Shown one piece after another: positions 1 to 11,890 of a stretch of 64,000 nucleotides of DNA; position 1 is the first letter of the stretch; every line of letters starts with the position of its first letter. Below the pieces are notes generated by a model. The model was not told the DNA's origin. It made no database searches and saw only the letters and a list, made by a program, of their open reading frames with translations. This stretch comes from Oopsacas minuta (taxonomy: Eukaryota; Animalia; Porifera). The DNA lies in contig JAKMXF010000338.1 of the NCBI GenBank assembly GCA_024704765.1, positions 69,133-133,132 on the forward strand, given 5' to 3'. A program made the translations under genes and the position numbers.

Positions 1-977
1 CGGTAAGAGACCTCGCTATTCCGGGTAGGCCTCGTGTCACAACCAAAAGGCAAGACAATTTATTGGTCAGAAAATGCAAAAAGGATCGATTTAAGACTGC
101 AACTCAGATCAAAGCTGAAGTGTTATCAGAATATTCGATAAAACTTTCCACTTCAACAGTTCAGAGAAGGTTACGAGGGGCTGGACTGTTCGGACGAAAC
201 CGCGAAGGAAGCCCCGCCTTACTATCAAGCACAAAAGAGACCGACTTTCCTTCGCAAGATCGCACAAGAATTGGAATACTGAAGAATGGGCAAGAGTTGT
301 GTTCAGTGACGAATCTAGGTTCCTTCTGTATACTAATGACGGGAGAGCCTACGTCAGGAGGATGAAAGGGGAGGAGTTCTCAGAGAGGTGTCTTCAAAAA
401 ACTTGCAAGTTTAGTGGAGGTGGCATCATGGTTTGGGGATGCTTTTGCTGGAGTGGCGTAGGACTCTTGTGGAAAGTATCTGGGAAACTCAAGACAAATT
501 CCTACATTGATATATTGGAAAATGCACTAATCCCAAGCGTTGATTTGCATTCTCTACATTCTGACTGGACCTTTCAGCAAGACAACGCCCCATGCCATAA
601 GTCAAAGGGTACTAAGCAATGGTTTGGTGAGCAAAAAATAGAGGTTATGAATTGGCCTGCTCAGTCACCTGATCCAAATCCGATTGAGAATCTCTGGGAT
701 CACATTTCCCTCAGAATTCAAGAGAAAAGCCCATCCAACCACTCAGAGTTATGGAATGCCATATTAAGCACTTGGGATAGCATCGACATTAACAGGCTAC
801 ATACTCTAATTGAGAGTATGCCGCAAAGATGTAAAGCTGTAATTCAAGCAAGAGGAGGTACTACTAAATACTAACAACAATTTACTTGATTATAATAAAG
901 CATTATTGTTAAAATCAGTCATAGATATAAGAATTTGGGGTAAATTTATTCTGAGCAATTCTTTTTGACCGGCACTG
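1..977 (+). mobile_element. Tc1-like DNA transposon (DD34E), 5' end outside window
   Basis: Right end ...CTTTTTGACCGGCACTG (977) followed by TA at 978-979, a Tc1-type CAGTG terminus; carries the transposase at 63-874. Confidence 0.9.
63..874 (+). pseudogene. Tc1 transposase, frameshifted
   Basis: HTH segment (TATQIKAEV...STSTVQRRLRGAGLFGR) joins by a frameshift near 197 to RRKPRLTIKHKRDRLSFARSHKNW...VFSDESRF, GGGIMVWGCF and QQDNAPCH...WPAQSPDPNPIE; 34 residues counted between second D and E. Confidence 0.92.
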
Positions 978-1039
978 TAGATGAACCATAATCTATATTA
1001 TCTAATTTGCACGGTATGGACCTCCGATTAAGAAACCCT

Positions 1040-1659
1040 GGCATAGAATTATAGTACCGGTTTAATATATTATTCTATAATGGGAATCAATGTAGAAGCT
1101 GATCAATCTTCAACTGTAACCATGAAAGCTGCTTTGGTCACTCTATTAATCCTACCAAACACCCCTTTTCCAGATAGTTGCCTCCTCCATGGTACTTTCT
1201 TTTCCCAAACTTGCTTTCATCGATCTCAACGATGTACCTATGCCCTCCGATTTGTTCTGGATTAGAGAGATATATCTCCACACAGATATCCCTCAAGAAA
1301 TTAATCTAATCCATGATGGTGTTTGGAGACCACTTAAGATTTAGGGTTAAAAAATATGTACTTTGTAGTCCTTCTGCCCAAAAATACAAAATTCCACCAA
1401 CTGAGTAAGAAGAATATTCCATCCTCAAAGAATGATCCTTCTCGTAGGATGCAAATTTCTTATATCACTAAAATCTCCCTTCGTGCACCCTAGAAAATAC
1501 GCCTTCCGGCATGTTTGCCTCGCATTTACATCTCATATCTCTTGGTTATAATCCGTGAATCCTCAACCAATCGATACAATTGTCACGATTGATGGCTATC
1601 CTTAAGAATAATTCCTTCAATCTAATCTCATCGACGATCGGAAAAGATGTAGATATCAT
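1040..1659 (-). pseudogene. Merlin (IS1016/IS1595/ISXO2-like) transposase remnant
   Basis: Manual minus-strand translation across stops and frameshifts: CIDWLRIHGL*PRDMRCKC...SLREGSFFE...LYFWAEG...NPEQIGGHRYIVEIDESKFGKRKYHGG...VFGRINRVTKAAFMVTVED*SASTLIPIIE*YIKP. VEIDESKFGKRKY is the Merlin/ISXO2 catalytic motif. Not in the ORF track. Confidence 0.85.
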
Positions 1660-1825
1660 TACAGGTTTGTATAAGGGAGTAGCTATGAAATTATATTGTC
1701 TTCATGGTTTCACCCCTTCAGGTAATAGATCGATTCGGGAATGTTCTGTAGGAAAATAGGCATCCTAACTCCTGTTTTTCCAACCAACCAGTAGCACTTA
1801 TTTGCCCTAAGGAGACTATTGACAC

Positions 1826-4315
1826 TAGTGATATTGAACGAATATCATTTAAAATAATCGGTTTTCGAATAGTTAATTCGCAAAGTAACTGATTAATCGG
1901 TTATAATCGGTTAAACGCAATTATCATTATATTCTGTCTTTAATTGCTAGTACTCTCCTATATTTTAATTTATCAAATGAAATCAAATTAGATATAATAA
2001 TGAGTGAATGGCTAATAATGAAGAAATCCTAAAATCTAATAATGTATTATTACTTTCTCTTGCTTCTTGAAATAAGACTTTAAGATCATTAAGCTATCAA
2101 CCGAGTTTTCACTCAACCGTGATCTCAACTTCGTCACAAAAGTCCTGCTGCTGAGAAAGCACGTTCTGTCTCAATGCTTGTCGGAGGAATTGTATTCAGT
2201 ACTCCCTCTATAGAAGAAATATTTTTGGATTTGTCTCCAGTGGCTTCAAATAAGGCCATTTCCTTTATCAGAGATAGAAATCCAATATCTACTTTCGGGG
2301 TTCTTAAATGAGTTGTAGAATTTTGTATTGCTCTTTTAATTGGTCAGCGAGTAATATCGGTTAGCTACCTATTTCAACGTCTTCAATGTCTTCCGAAGTC
2401 TCCTCAGAATTTAAATTACACTATCGAATTGTTCAGTTCCATGCTGTGAATACATTTGTGAAAGGATCATTTTCATTGTCTTTTGCGCTTCTTTTCTTTT
2501 AATACACGGATCCTCGCTTATCGAATCAGGATTCAATAAATATTTCACAAGATTGATTAGATTAGATTGCCGCCTCTCGTCATATCTTTGTCTTAGGTTC
2601 TGCAATAATTGTAGGAGAACTCTGAACCAACCATTTCAAGTTTCTGGAACATAAAATAGAGTATCCCTTCTGCACTGAGTAAATTTGCGTCACGCTGGCA
2701 TAGAGCAGATAGTCCCATTTCGACGTGTTTTAAACAACTGCAAATGTTTTCCAACACTTGCCAATTAAGTTCACAAACTTCCATGTTTAAATTGAAGTCG
2801 AACATTGCTCTGCATAGTGGTTTTCTTACAGTTAACAATCGATTCATCATACCAATTAAGCTATTCCAACTAGTTTTGCAATCCATGACTAGATTTACAG
2901 CTTTTCGAAACCTTCCTTTATGTACGACTGAAGTACTTCATTTTTTCATAGGGACTTCCTAAATATATGAACGATATTTTGAAACTTAACGATAACAGTT
3001 TCTATATTTATTTTCAAAGGCGGGATAGACATGTCTTCATCAATTTCACCATCATCTTCATGTGAGAAAATTGATTCACCCTCAGTATCTTCTGCACCAC
3101 AACGGCCATCATTATATGAGTCAGAGATAGTCGACTGAATTTGAGATGTGCCAATTGGCTCTTCGTCCGTTCCTTCATCATAAATAGGAATCCTATTCTT
3201 GGAGTATAATACTGCAACTACTGCTAAATGTACCCCGTGAGCCAAACAAAGTTGCTGTTGAATACCACTTGGTCTTCCCATCTTCATCATCACAGGGGTT
3301 CCATCACAGGTGATGCTAACAATATGCTTCTGCAGCTCAATATTGAATTCAATCAATATCCTTTCCAAAAGCTCAAGAACCTTCTCAGCTGGCATCTTTC
3401 CATAAATACACTTCATTCCAAGGTTCCAAAAGTTATTGATGCTATGTATATTGACATTCATATATCGTTTATTTTGGATAGAAGTATATTCGTCCAAGGA
3501 CACGCTCATCCTTTTCCATTAGCAGGTAAAAACTGTAACTGAGAAGTGATTACTCCCTTAACATGATTTGCATAACTCCAAACCATTCTTGAAACTGTAG
3601 GATGGTCTGGAATTGGGGTGAAACCCTTTTCTTGTAACGAAGAACGGATAAATTTACTTTGGCTGATTTTTAGATAACTGAAACAATCCCCTGCAGCTAA
3701 CCTAGCAATTACCTCATCCAAACTTTGTTTTTTGGAAAATAATGGTAACAAACTTTGAGTACTATGTTTCTTCGAAGGGGGTTCGTTGTCAGAAATGTGA
3801 TTCAGGCACAATTGGATGTTATATGTCAAAAGATGATTTCTTAACCTAGTAGTTGTACTGCCTTTACAACTTACATTCTTCTTACAAATAAGGCATTTGG
3901 CTTCTTCCCCATATTTCACAAAATGTTTCCACACCTCAGACCTTTTAGCGATAATATCGTACAGTATTGTAAGTATAGAAGTAACGATTTATAGAAAAGC
4001 TAGAAGATTCAAAATTATACAGTAAAAATACGTTTACAGATAATTATACAAATAAATATGCATATCGCCATATATCTATGAACTACTATATATAGCAATT
4101 AGGTCTCTAGCCGTTAAAACATTATTCAAGAATACATAGAATGACAATTGTGTGATTTTTTAATAGAAATTCCAATAGAAATTTTATTGTGACTAAAACG
4201 TGAAATTGTGAAAATAACAGATTAATCGAAATAGAATAATCGGTTATCGTTAATAAGTAAAAATTCAATAAATCGATTAAATAATCCAATATTTACTAAT
4301 CGGTTACCATCACTA
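1826..4315 (-). mobile_element. hAT transposon with BED-finger transposase, decayed
   Basis: Ends TAGTGAT (1826) and ATCACTA (4315); 8-bp TSD ATTGACAC / ATTGACCT (6/8); AATCGGTT subterminal repeats at both ends; removing it restores the Transib-A reading frame (ET-IDLL). Confidence 0.88.
2036..3934 (-). pseudogene. hAT transposase (zf-BED + hATC dimerisation domain), frameshifted
   Basis: ORFs 3506-3934 (WKHF...AKCLICKK...TTTRLRNHL, BED finger), 2946-3509 (LDEYTS; TCDGTPVM; CLAHGVHL), 2593-2886 (DCKTSWNS), 2411-2605, and PPTSIETERAFSAAGLFVTKLRSRLS near 2100-2200. Confidence 0.9.
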
Positions 4316-5288
4316 ATTGACCTTCTAATAGAATTGAGCAAGTTACTAAACCCTGAAACTGTTGCACTAAATGAGAATAATTTTGATCACCTAAATGGCC
4401 ATGTTAAAGTGGAAGTCAAAGTTTCAGTGTTTGACGGAAAAACCTTAGCAACAATGACGGGTAAAGGAGGAGCGCCATGTATTGCCTACAAAGCAACCCG
4501 GAGCGATATCAATAGTATTACGAAAGTGGTTTCCGGGTTTCCTTCAGATTGTTCGATAGAGGATATCAGAGAGACAATCCGTGAGTTAACCTCTGGTGGA
4601 AAAGAGCTGATGAGCTACAATACAAATTAACGGTGTGGGATTACGCACGGACCTGCAAGTGACATCGATGTATTTCCTGCAGCACCTTTACATTCTTACG
4701 TAAGAATTTTAGATTGGTTTTTAAACCTCATTTACTGAATTGCAGCAGGAAAGTCCAAGTGGACTGAAGATCAAATGGTGCGAGATTATCGAGGTTTAGT
4801 ATGCAAGCATATCCATGACCTTACGAACTTATTATTCGACCAAGCAGGAGGAAGTGGGAACACAAGCACTGATAACATGGCAAGAACATTTTGTTCATAT
4901 ACAAACCCGTGTTTTAGGATCGCTTTATCATTGATAACAAATGTTTATAGAGATGCTTTGACAGAGATTGACAAGAATCTATCTGCATTACTCAGAGTTG
5001 CTAATAGTAATGAAGTTGTCGCTGTAGACAGATTTCGTGTGTTAAGTCAAGAAACCTACGTACTAACCTTACAAACCTTCCCTAGGCATCTATTAGAAAT
5101 ACACTCCACCAATTCTTAGCTCATGCCCATCAGTTTATTGAGAGAAATGACAGGGTAGGATTGTGTAGTCTTTCTGAACAAGGGTTAGAACAAGGACATA
5201 AGTTGGTCCGAGAGTTCTCAACACATTTGAGCAGGAAATCAGATTTCCTAAGTGGGTTAAGTGATGTTGCAATGAGGCTCTACATCTA

Positions 5289-6202
5289 CAGTCAAGGGAC
5301 AAAAGTATTCGACCACACAAATAAATTGTCATAAATTGTATACTCTTTCCCGCTCCTATATATTGTGTAGTCTATATTCGTAGCTGCTATCTAGTAATTT
5401 CCATAGAATAACGTATGTTTTTCAAGAATTTCAAAAAAATATTTTCGATTTACACTTTCTGAAGGTGTTGATTATGAATAATTATTAGATAATTATTGAT
5501 AATCAAATATGTGGTAATTTAAAGCCTATGAAGAATCTATAATTTCTGACTTGATATTTGAATTCTACATAGGCGAGTTACCCCAGATTGAAATTTCCAA
5601 TCGAATTGAACAACTTTTACCAAAGTTATAGAAGAATTCCAATTTGTCCCACTTGTGCCACCTTTTGCCCAAGGTGGCACAAGTGGCCGCTACCAAGAAG
5701 TTATTTTGTAATTCAAGGGTTAGCATAGTCATATCATTCGAAAATAGTACTTTGACTTATTCCTCCTAACCCTAGTTGATTTCCTTGTAGTGGCGCTTTT
5801 TCCTGCCACCTGTGCCACTTTTTCAAAAAGTGGCACAAGTGGGACAAATTGGAATTCTTCTATAACTTTGGTAAAAGTTGTTCAATTCGATTGGAAATTT
5901 CAATCTGGGGTAACTCGCCTATGTAGAATTCAAATATCAAGTCAGAAATTATAGATTCTTCATAGGCTTTAAATTACCACATATTTGATTATCAATAATT
6001 ATCTAATAATTATTCATAATCAACACCTTCAGAAAGTGTAAATCGAAAATATTTTTTTGAAATTCTTGAAAAACATACGTTATTCTATGGAAATTACTAG
6101 ATAGCAGCTACGAATATAGACTACACAATATATAGGAGCGGGAAAGAGTATACAATTTATGACAATTTATTTGTGTGGTCGAATACTTTTGTCCCTTGAC
6201 TG
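5289..6202. mobile_element. 914-bp foldback MITE with Tc1-type ends, copy 1
   Basis: TA|CAGTCAAGGGACAAAAGTATTCGACCACAC ... GTGTGGTCGAATACTTTTGTCCCTTGACTG|TA; ~375-bp arms that look identical by eye; ~160-bp centre with GTGGCAC palindromes; no coding capacity. Confidence 0.93.
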
Positions 6203-6689
6203 TATGGTTGGCCAATTCTGAATGAAAAGTTCAGAAGGATCATCATTTTTTCCACCTGTGGTCAAGTAGGCCATCAAAAGAATTGTGTACAAAGCAGGTA
6301 AGGTGAAAACGTTACAAATAATATTGATAGTGAAAATTCTCTCCTTCAAAATCCCATTGATCAACTATTCCTGCATTTAACATTAATTCATCAATAAGAT
6401 ATTCATATGTTAGTTATTCTTCAGTCACCATAGCCATTATATATTTATATTCTATTTCTTCTAATAAAAACTCAGTTTAGTGAATATCTAGATTTCTGTA
6501 TCACTGTATATGGTAATTACGAGTACGTCATATATTGAAAACCTGATGTGATACAACAAATTGAAATCGACTAAAAAACCGCAATAGTCGACTAATTATT
6601 CAGTAATAATGTATTTTATAAGCCTATCTCTAAAATTGAACGCGTAAAACCATAATACTAGTAATTCGGAATAATAGCCTACTGTGCGT

Positions 6690-7470
6690 AGGTATGAAGA
6701 ATGTCTGATTCTGAGAAAAAGGTCCACTGGTGGCACGCACCAGAGTATTGTCTTCTCCGATGGGAAGATTTTTACCGTAGAAATGGCATAAAGTCGCCAA
6801 AACAGTCGAATTCTTGCTCCAGATCAAAGGTCTATATCATCATCAATACGCACAATCAAAAGAACTCAGAAACTTGCATCGGTCATGGTTTGCGGAGCTA
6901 TTACCCCTGATGGTCGGACACCTCTGGTGTTCATTGACAAAGGGGTGAAAATTAACGAAGAGGTTTGTGCAGAGAGCATTTTAGAGAATGCATTGAAGCC
7001 TTGGGCTGGTGAGCACTTCAATGGCACGAATTGGGTGTTCCAGCAAGATTCCGTTCCCTCCCACAAAGCCAAAATGATATCTGAGTGGTAGAAACTCCCT
7101 GTACCGGAATTTATATCAACTGAAGAATGGTCGGCCTCTTCCCCACATCCAAACCCTATGGATTTCTATATATGGTCCATCTTAGAGTCCAGGGTATGTG
7201 CAAAGCCTCACAAGAATGTCGAAAGTCTGAAGTTTTCCTTGAGAAGAGAGTGGGATTTAATCAGTGAGGGCGTGTTGCGTGCTCCTGTCGATAATTTCTA
7301 TAAGCGATTGAGCCTATGTATCGCATCAAAGGGCAATGCATTCGAAGAGCAAGATTAATTTCGTATCCTTAGTATGTATATTCACTAATCCATTACGAAT
7401 TTCAACTACTATTATTGTAAAATAAGAAATATACTAGTTTATACTTGTTGCAGAACTTATTCCAACCCTG
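6690..7470 (+). mobile_element. maT/DD37D Tc1-mariner element, 5'-truncated
   Basis: IVFSDGKIFTVE...SVMVCGAITPDGRTPLVF...FQQDSVPSH...WSASSPHPNPMDFYIWSILE (37 residues between D and D); right end AACTTATTCCAACCCTG|TA at 7470. Confidence 0.88.
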
Positions 7471-7472
7471 TA

Positions 7473-7576
7473 GAATTGCATGGTGATTGTATAGGCCAAT
7501 AAAATCCATAGTGTGTGTATGCTATGTAGTATATAATTTACGTTTCTCGAGGTGCCAAGACTTTTGAATCACCCTG
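7473..7576. mobile_element. Terminal ~105-bp remnant of the DD37E family seen at 54163-55493
   Basis: Reverse complement (CAGGGTGATTCAAAAGTCTTGGCACCTCGAGAAACGTAAA...) closely matches 54163 onward; followed by TA. Confidence 0.75.
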
Positions 7577-8268
7577 TATGGTTGTTTGGGTATTGGAATA
7601 ACTAATAACCAGCAGAATATAGAATTTACAGAAAAAATTCTAAACGTATGAAAAAGATATTTTTCGAATTTTTGTTCGTCCGGATAATGAATGACATGAT
7701 GTTTTTGGGTAGCTATTGGCCAGCCTGGAAATAGATTAAATAGTTGACTAAATATAGTAACTAACGTATATATTGATAACTTTTTCAAAATTTGTCAAAC
7801 AATAGATGATGCACTTCAAACAATGAGAAAAATTCCAAATTATAACTTTTGTAAGGGGCAAACTAGACACCCAGAAAAGTACAAATGAATCTCTAGACTA
7901 ACCTATCACTAATGAAATTGTTGTTACATTGTGTTCGGAAATTATTGGGACTGATGATAAATTTATTATACTATGAATTCATGGCTCGTAGAGATTTCTC
8001 GTTTTAACACTAAGTTAAAATACATATAGTTGAAGAAATACCAGCATTATTATCACATTCTATCAATTATTAATTTTTTTCCCAGCATTGTCTAAACACA
8101 ATCTAATTCTTTTGGGCATTGAGGTGCAAAAGGGACGAGAAAATCTGGATCAAATGTTGCCCATATGTCCTGAATTGCCTGTTTAGTTGGCTTACAGTTT
8201 TAGGATGAAGTACAATCAACCTCCTTTTCAAAACTGCCCACAGATTCTCAATGGGCGTTAGGTCTGGA

Positions 8269-11200
8269 AGTGACCTACGTTATAATAAGGCCTGTTCACT
8301 AGTGCGATTTTTGGACCATGGATGTCGTTTAACTCCATTAAATTTTACTTCAAATAATCATGTATTTGATGTTATTCACCCAAATCGTGAACTTAAAAAT
8401 TGTTCTTAAGCGACTTTGAAGACCATGGATGCATTTAAGTCCTTATTTTTACAATAAATGTTATAGCTAGAGAAAATTAACTAAAATGTGAATCCATGAG
8501 ATAAAATATTATTGGGTTTAATACTAAGCATATTTCAAATAGTGAGTGCCTGATAATAGTACAAAATAATAAAAGATACGTATATTAAAGTGGTATGTGA
8601 TAAGTTAATTAGCCTTCAATTTCTTTAATTTTCGAGTATTTTCGACACACGGTTTCAAGGGTAGCTGGGAATTCATGTTCTTAATCTTATTTGATATAAG
8701 ACAGTTTGAAGTAGCAGTCAATAGTTTAGCTAATACATCCCACATGAGTGTACCACATTCGTCACACATCACTCTCCATACTTCAGCTTGTTCATCTTCT
8801 ATAAGACTTGTTGTTAACTGTATCAGGATACTTCTAGAAGGACCGGTTATAAAGTTATTGAATATGCTTGGTTGACTCTCGATAGAAGAGAATACTTTCC
8901 ATAGCGTAATAATTGCGTCTATGACATCACTACTTGGCCATTTTAGTGAGCCTCGGTCAATTATTTGAATTAATCGATATTCAGAACCTGAAGGTTCTTC
9001 AATTTCCATTTCTTTGTTTTTAGTGAGGAATAAGAGACATGATTGACATTTAGTAGAATGTTTGTAATAGGCATACACTGAGTAGCCTGCTATAAAGGAG
9101 AGTGATTGGAGTATTTGCTTGTTTAATTCTATCCCTGAATATCCCTGAATCGCCGAGAGATACATCTCCAAGCTGAAAGACGCATGGGAGTCTTGGCCAC
9201 AAGAGGATGAGCACGATTCTAAGAAGTTCTTAAGTGATATGCTATCTTCTACAGGCTTTTTCGAAAATAATTTGAGTATGCTGGACAACTTTATTCTCCG
9301 TTCTGTTTCAAGGACCTGGCAATAGCTAATGTGGCATTGTGCTCCTGACATCATCCTATACAAGTCAAAATGATGCTCAAGTGGGTCATTTTGCAAGAAC
9401 GAAGAAAGGACGTACGAATAGCCACAATTTCCAGTCAGATGGTTTACAATGCACGGGAGTGCAATACAAGAGTGACGGAAACTTGTAAAGGTTTGAGGAC
9501 TTAATTTACCTCTTTTGTCAGGCATGACTCGCCAACATTCAGCCCAATCAACTACACATTGAAGGAACATAAATCTGGTATCATTGTAGGTAAGTGGAAC
9601 TGAAAATTCATCTTTGTGAAGGATACCCTTGTTCGGAGTATTGATGTTGAATAGCTTCCTAACATTACAAATAATGGTAATAAAGTCTGTAGTCTGTGAA
9701 TTTGTAGAAGTGTGGTATCGCGATTGGTAGCTAACGTTTAATGCAGCGGCTGTAGATTCATCAAATATCCTTAAAGCTAAAGAAACATTTTGTCGTTCTA
9801 AAGTGGAAGGCCAACAAGCTTTAGAGTTTAATCTTGGAGCTAATTTAGCAACAGAGTGTTGGTCACTTTTATATAATTTGCGAATTTCTTCGAAAACTGC
9901 AGTGCTCGCAACTTGTATGTTCTCAAAATCTGGATAAGTGAATGTTTATTATAATCTATTTGGTTTAGCCAGTTATTACGTATCGATTTGATTATATGAA
10001 CAAAGTCAAAAAGCAAAAACAATGGCCGGTTTGAGTCCATAGGGTGAGGAACAATATGCTCTAGAAGTCGGCTGGGAGAAAATAACTTGAAAATGTTAAC
10101 GTTCATCGGGTAATTATCAGTACATAAAACGTGTACAGAGAGTCCACATGCTTCAACATCACGAATAACATCTTTGATGATAGGAAAGAGTACCTCAGCA
10201 GATGAGCTGGAACAGGGCAGTAAACGGACAATACTGGACCATCGTTTGGACAAACTTGATATCATGAAGGCAAAAACGGTTTTTGCAGGATCAGTAGGAT
10301 TCAAAGAAGATCCAATTATCTTACCTCCTTTGTATGTAAATGTGGATTTTACATGAATTTCATCCATCTGAATCACTACATTCGTTCCCATTTGTTAAAC
10401 TGAGTGACTGATTGTTTGAGATAGTTGGTGAACTCAGAATCCAAACCAAAATTAGAATATAAGCGCTTTAGAGTAGAAAGGTGCGGCAATGGTAGACAGT
10501 CCAGGGATTGAAGATATCTATAACAAACTGGCGAGATAAGCTGGCATTTGAGGGACAAGACAAGAGTTTGATGTTGTATCGCCTCATAGTTTTCGCGATC
10601 AAAGCGTTATCCAATTGGCATAGAATAAACTGAAGACTTGATAATAGAGGCTGTTGGTTTCCAGATTCTTCTCCAGTTGAAAGGGAGTCTATAGCTTTAC
10701 GAATGCTTCCGGTTGCCTCTCTGACATGGCGTTGGAATGTTTCAGGAGAATTAGTAGGGGCAGAATGGTTTTCAATTTCTTTAAGCAAATCGTTAAGTTG
10801 ACGAATATCATTTATCTGAGTGAGAGAAAGAGGAATGCGTATACCTTCGTAGAAACCCATAGTATGTAATGTTTCGGTAATAGTTAACGAGCATCTAATT
10901 GCAATCAAACTGTTATTCGTTATAGAACGTTTGAGTAAATTAAAGGAATTATCATCAGAAGACCAAACTAACCAATGATTAGGCAAACCCGAGTGCTTCG
11001 TTTTGGATACCAAGTTTTCCAGTGTGGTAATCTGAAAAAGTTCTTTGTCTTGGTTATACTGTAATAGACTCTCATTTATTGCAGTATCAATCAAATGCTG
11101 TTCTCTCAAATATCTATCAAATCTTGGAGGTATGGTGTCAGATGACGAAGAGAAATGAAGTGGACATCCAGGTAGAAATCTTGGCACTGCATCCTTCTGC

Positions 11201-11890
11201 AATTTAGGCTTAGCTGGTACTTCTAAGTATGTTCCATCTAGTTGATGGATAGAAAAACTGGTCTGAATTTCTTCGTCGAGGAAATGTTTTGAGCACACAA
11301 ACACATTCTTTAAGTCTCTGATACCTTCTCTACAGAGCGCTCGATGCCAACGATTGACAAGATCAGGTGGACCATTTGGCAACTTAAAGGCTGGAGTATA
11401 AGGTTCTCCTGCGTAATTACTCCGACATCCGGGGGCAGAACACCTGTTGGGCATGACAAGCTAATTGAAACTATAAAAAGGAGAAATCGAGAGGTAGATT
11501 AAAGAAATGCACATAACTGATAGAACAGGGTGGAGAGCGGCATTACAGAGATAAAAGCTAAGTTGTCTAAACAACTTAGGATAAAAGTACAAGAGGACAA
11601 GGTACAACGGGTAGTGAGTACGTAAATGTATTGTTTCAATAAATTGAATGTAACAAAAAGGTTGATTCATAAATTAATATAAATATTATGGGTTTCTAAG
11701 AAATACTTTTTACAAGCCTTCAACGAGATCCATGGTCTTTAAAATCGCCTAAGAACAATTTTTAAGTTCACGATTTGGGTGAGTAACATCAAATACATGA
11801 TTATTTGAAGTAAAATTTAATGGACTTAAACGACATCCATGGTCCAAAAAATCGCACTAGTGAACAGGCCTTATTATAACGTAGGTCACG
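8269..11890 (-). mobile_element. P-superfamily (THAP) transposon with ~160-bp TIRs and 7-bp TSD
   Basis: GTCTGGA at 8262-8268 and 11891-11897; near-identical inverted ends (A/C)GTGACCTACGTTATAATAAGGCCTGTTCACTAGTGCG... over ~160 bp. Confidence 0.92.
8605..11454 (-). pseudogene. THAP-domain P-element transposase (THAP9-like), disrupted
   Basis: THAP: MPNRCSAPGCRSNY...FKLP...W..AL.R...VCSKHF...KDAVP. Catalytic-region motifs QMDEIHVKSTFTY, CTDNYPMN, FDFVHIIKSIRNNW, QNDPLEHHF. Spread over ORFs 10468-11454, 10376-10558, 9840-10391 and 8605-9570. Confidence 0.92.

Larger units (their letters stand above)
1690..6301 (+). pseudogene. Transib/RAG1-like transposase remnant A, 5'-truncated, split by a hAT (1826-4315) and a MITE (5289-6202)
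   Basis: Removing the insertions restores QVIDRFGNVL*ENRHPNSCFSNQPVALICPKETIDLL...VFDGKTLATMTGKGGAPCIAYKAT...RCGITHGP...AAPLHSYVRILDWFLNLIY...DQAGGSGNTSTDNMARTF...NTLHQFLAHAHQFIE...LSEQGLEQGHKLVREFSTHLSRKS...MRLYIYGWP...FSTCGQVGHQKNC*. These match Transib/RAG1 core motifs and the second copy at 29065-31181. Confidence 0.85.

Noticed and set aside
1040-1659. Bacterial IS1595 contamination
   Set aside because: Embedded among eukaryotic TEs, with similar AT content and decay; eukaryotic Merlin is the simpler explanation.
6502-6508. Definite 3' heptamer of Transib copy A
   Set aside because: TACAGTG has a mismatch at the critical first base and equally fits a TA + CAGTG Tc1 end. There is no partner end or TSD to confirm it, so it is kept only as a candidate.
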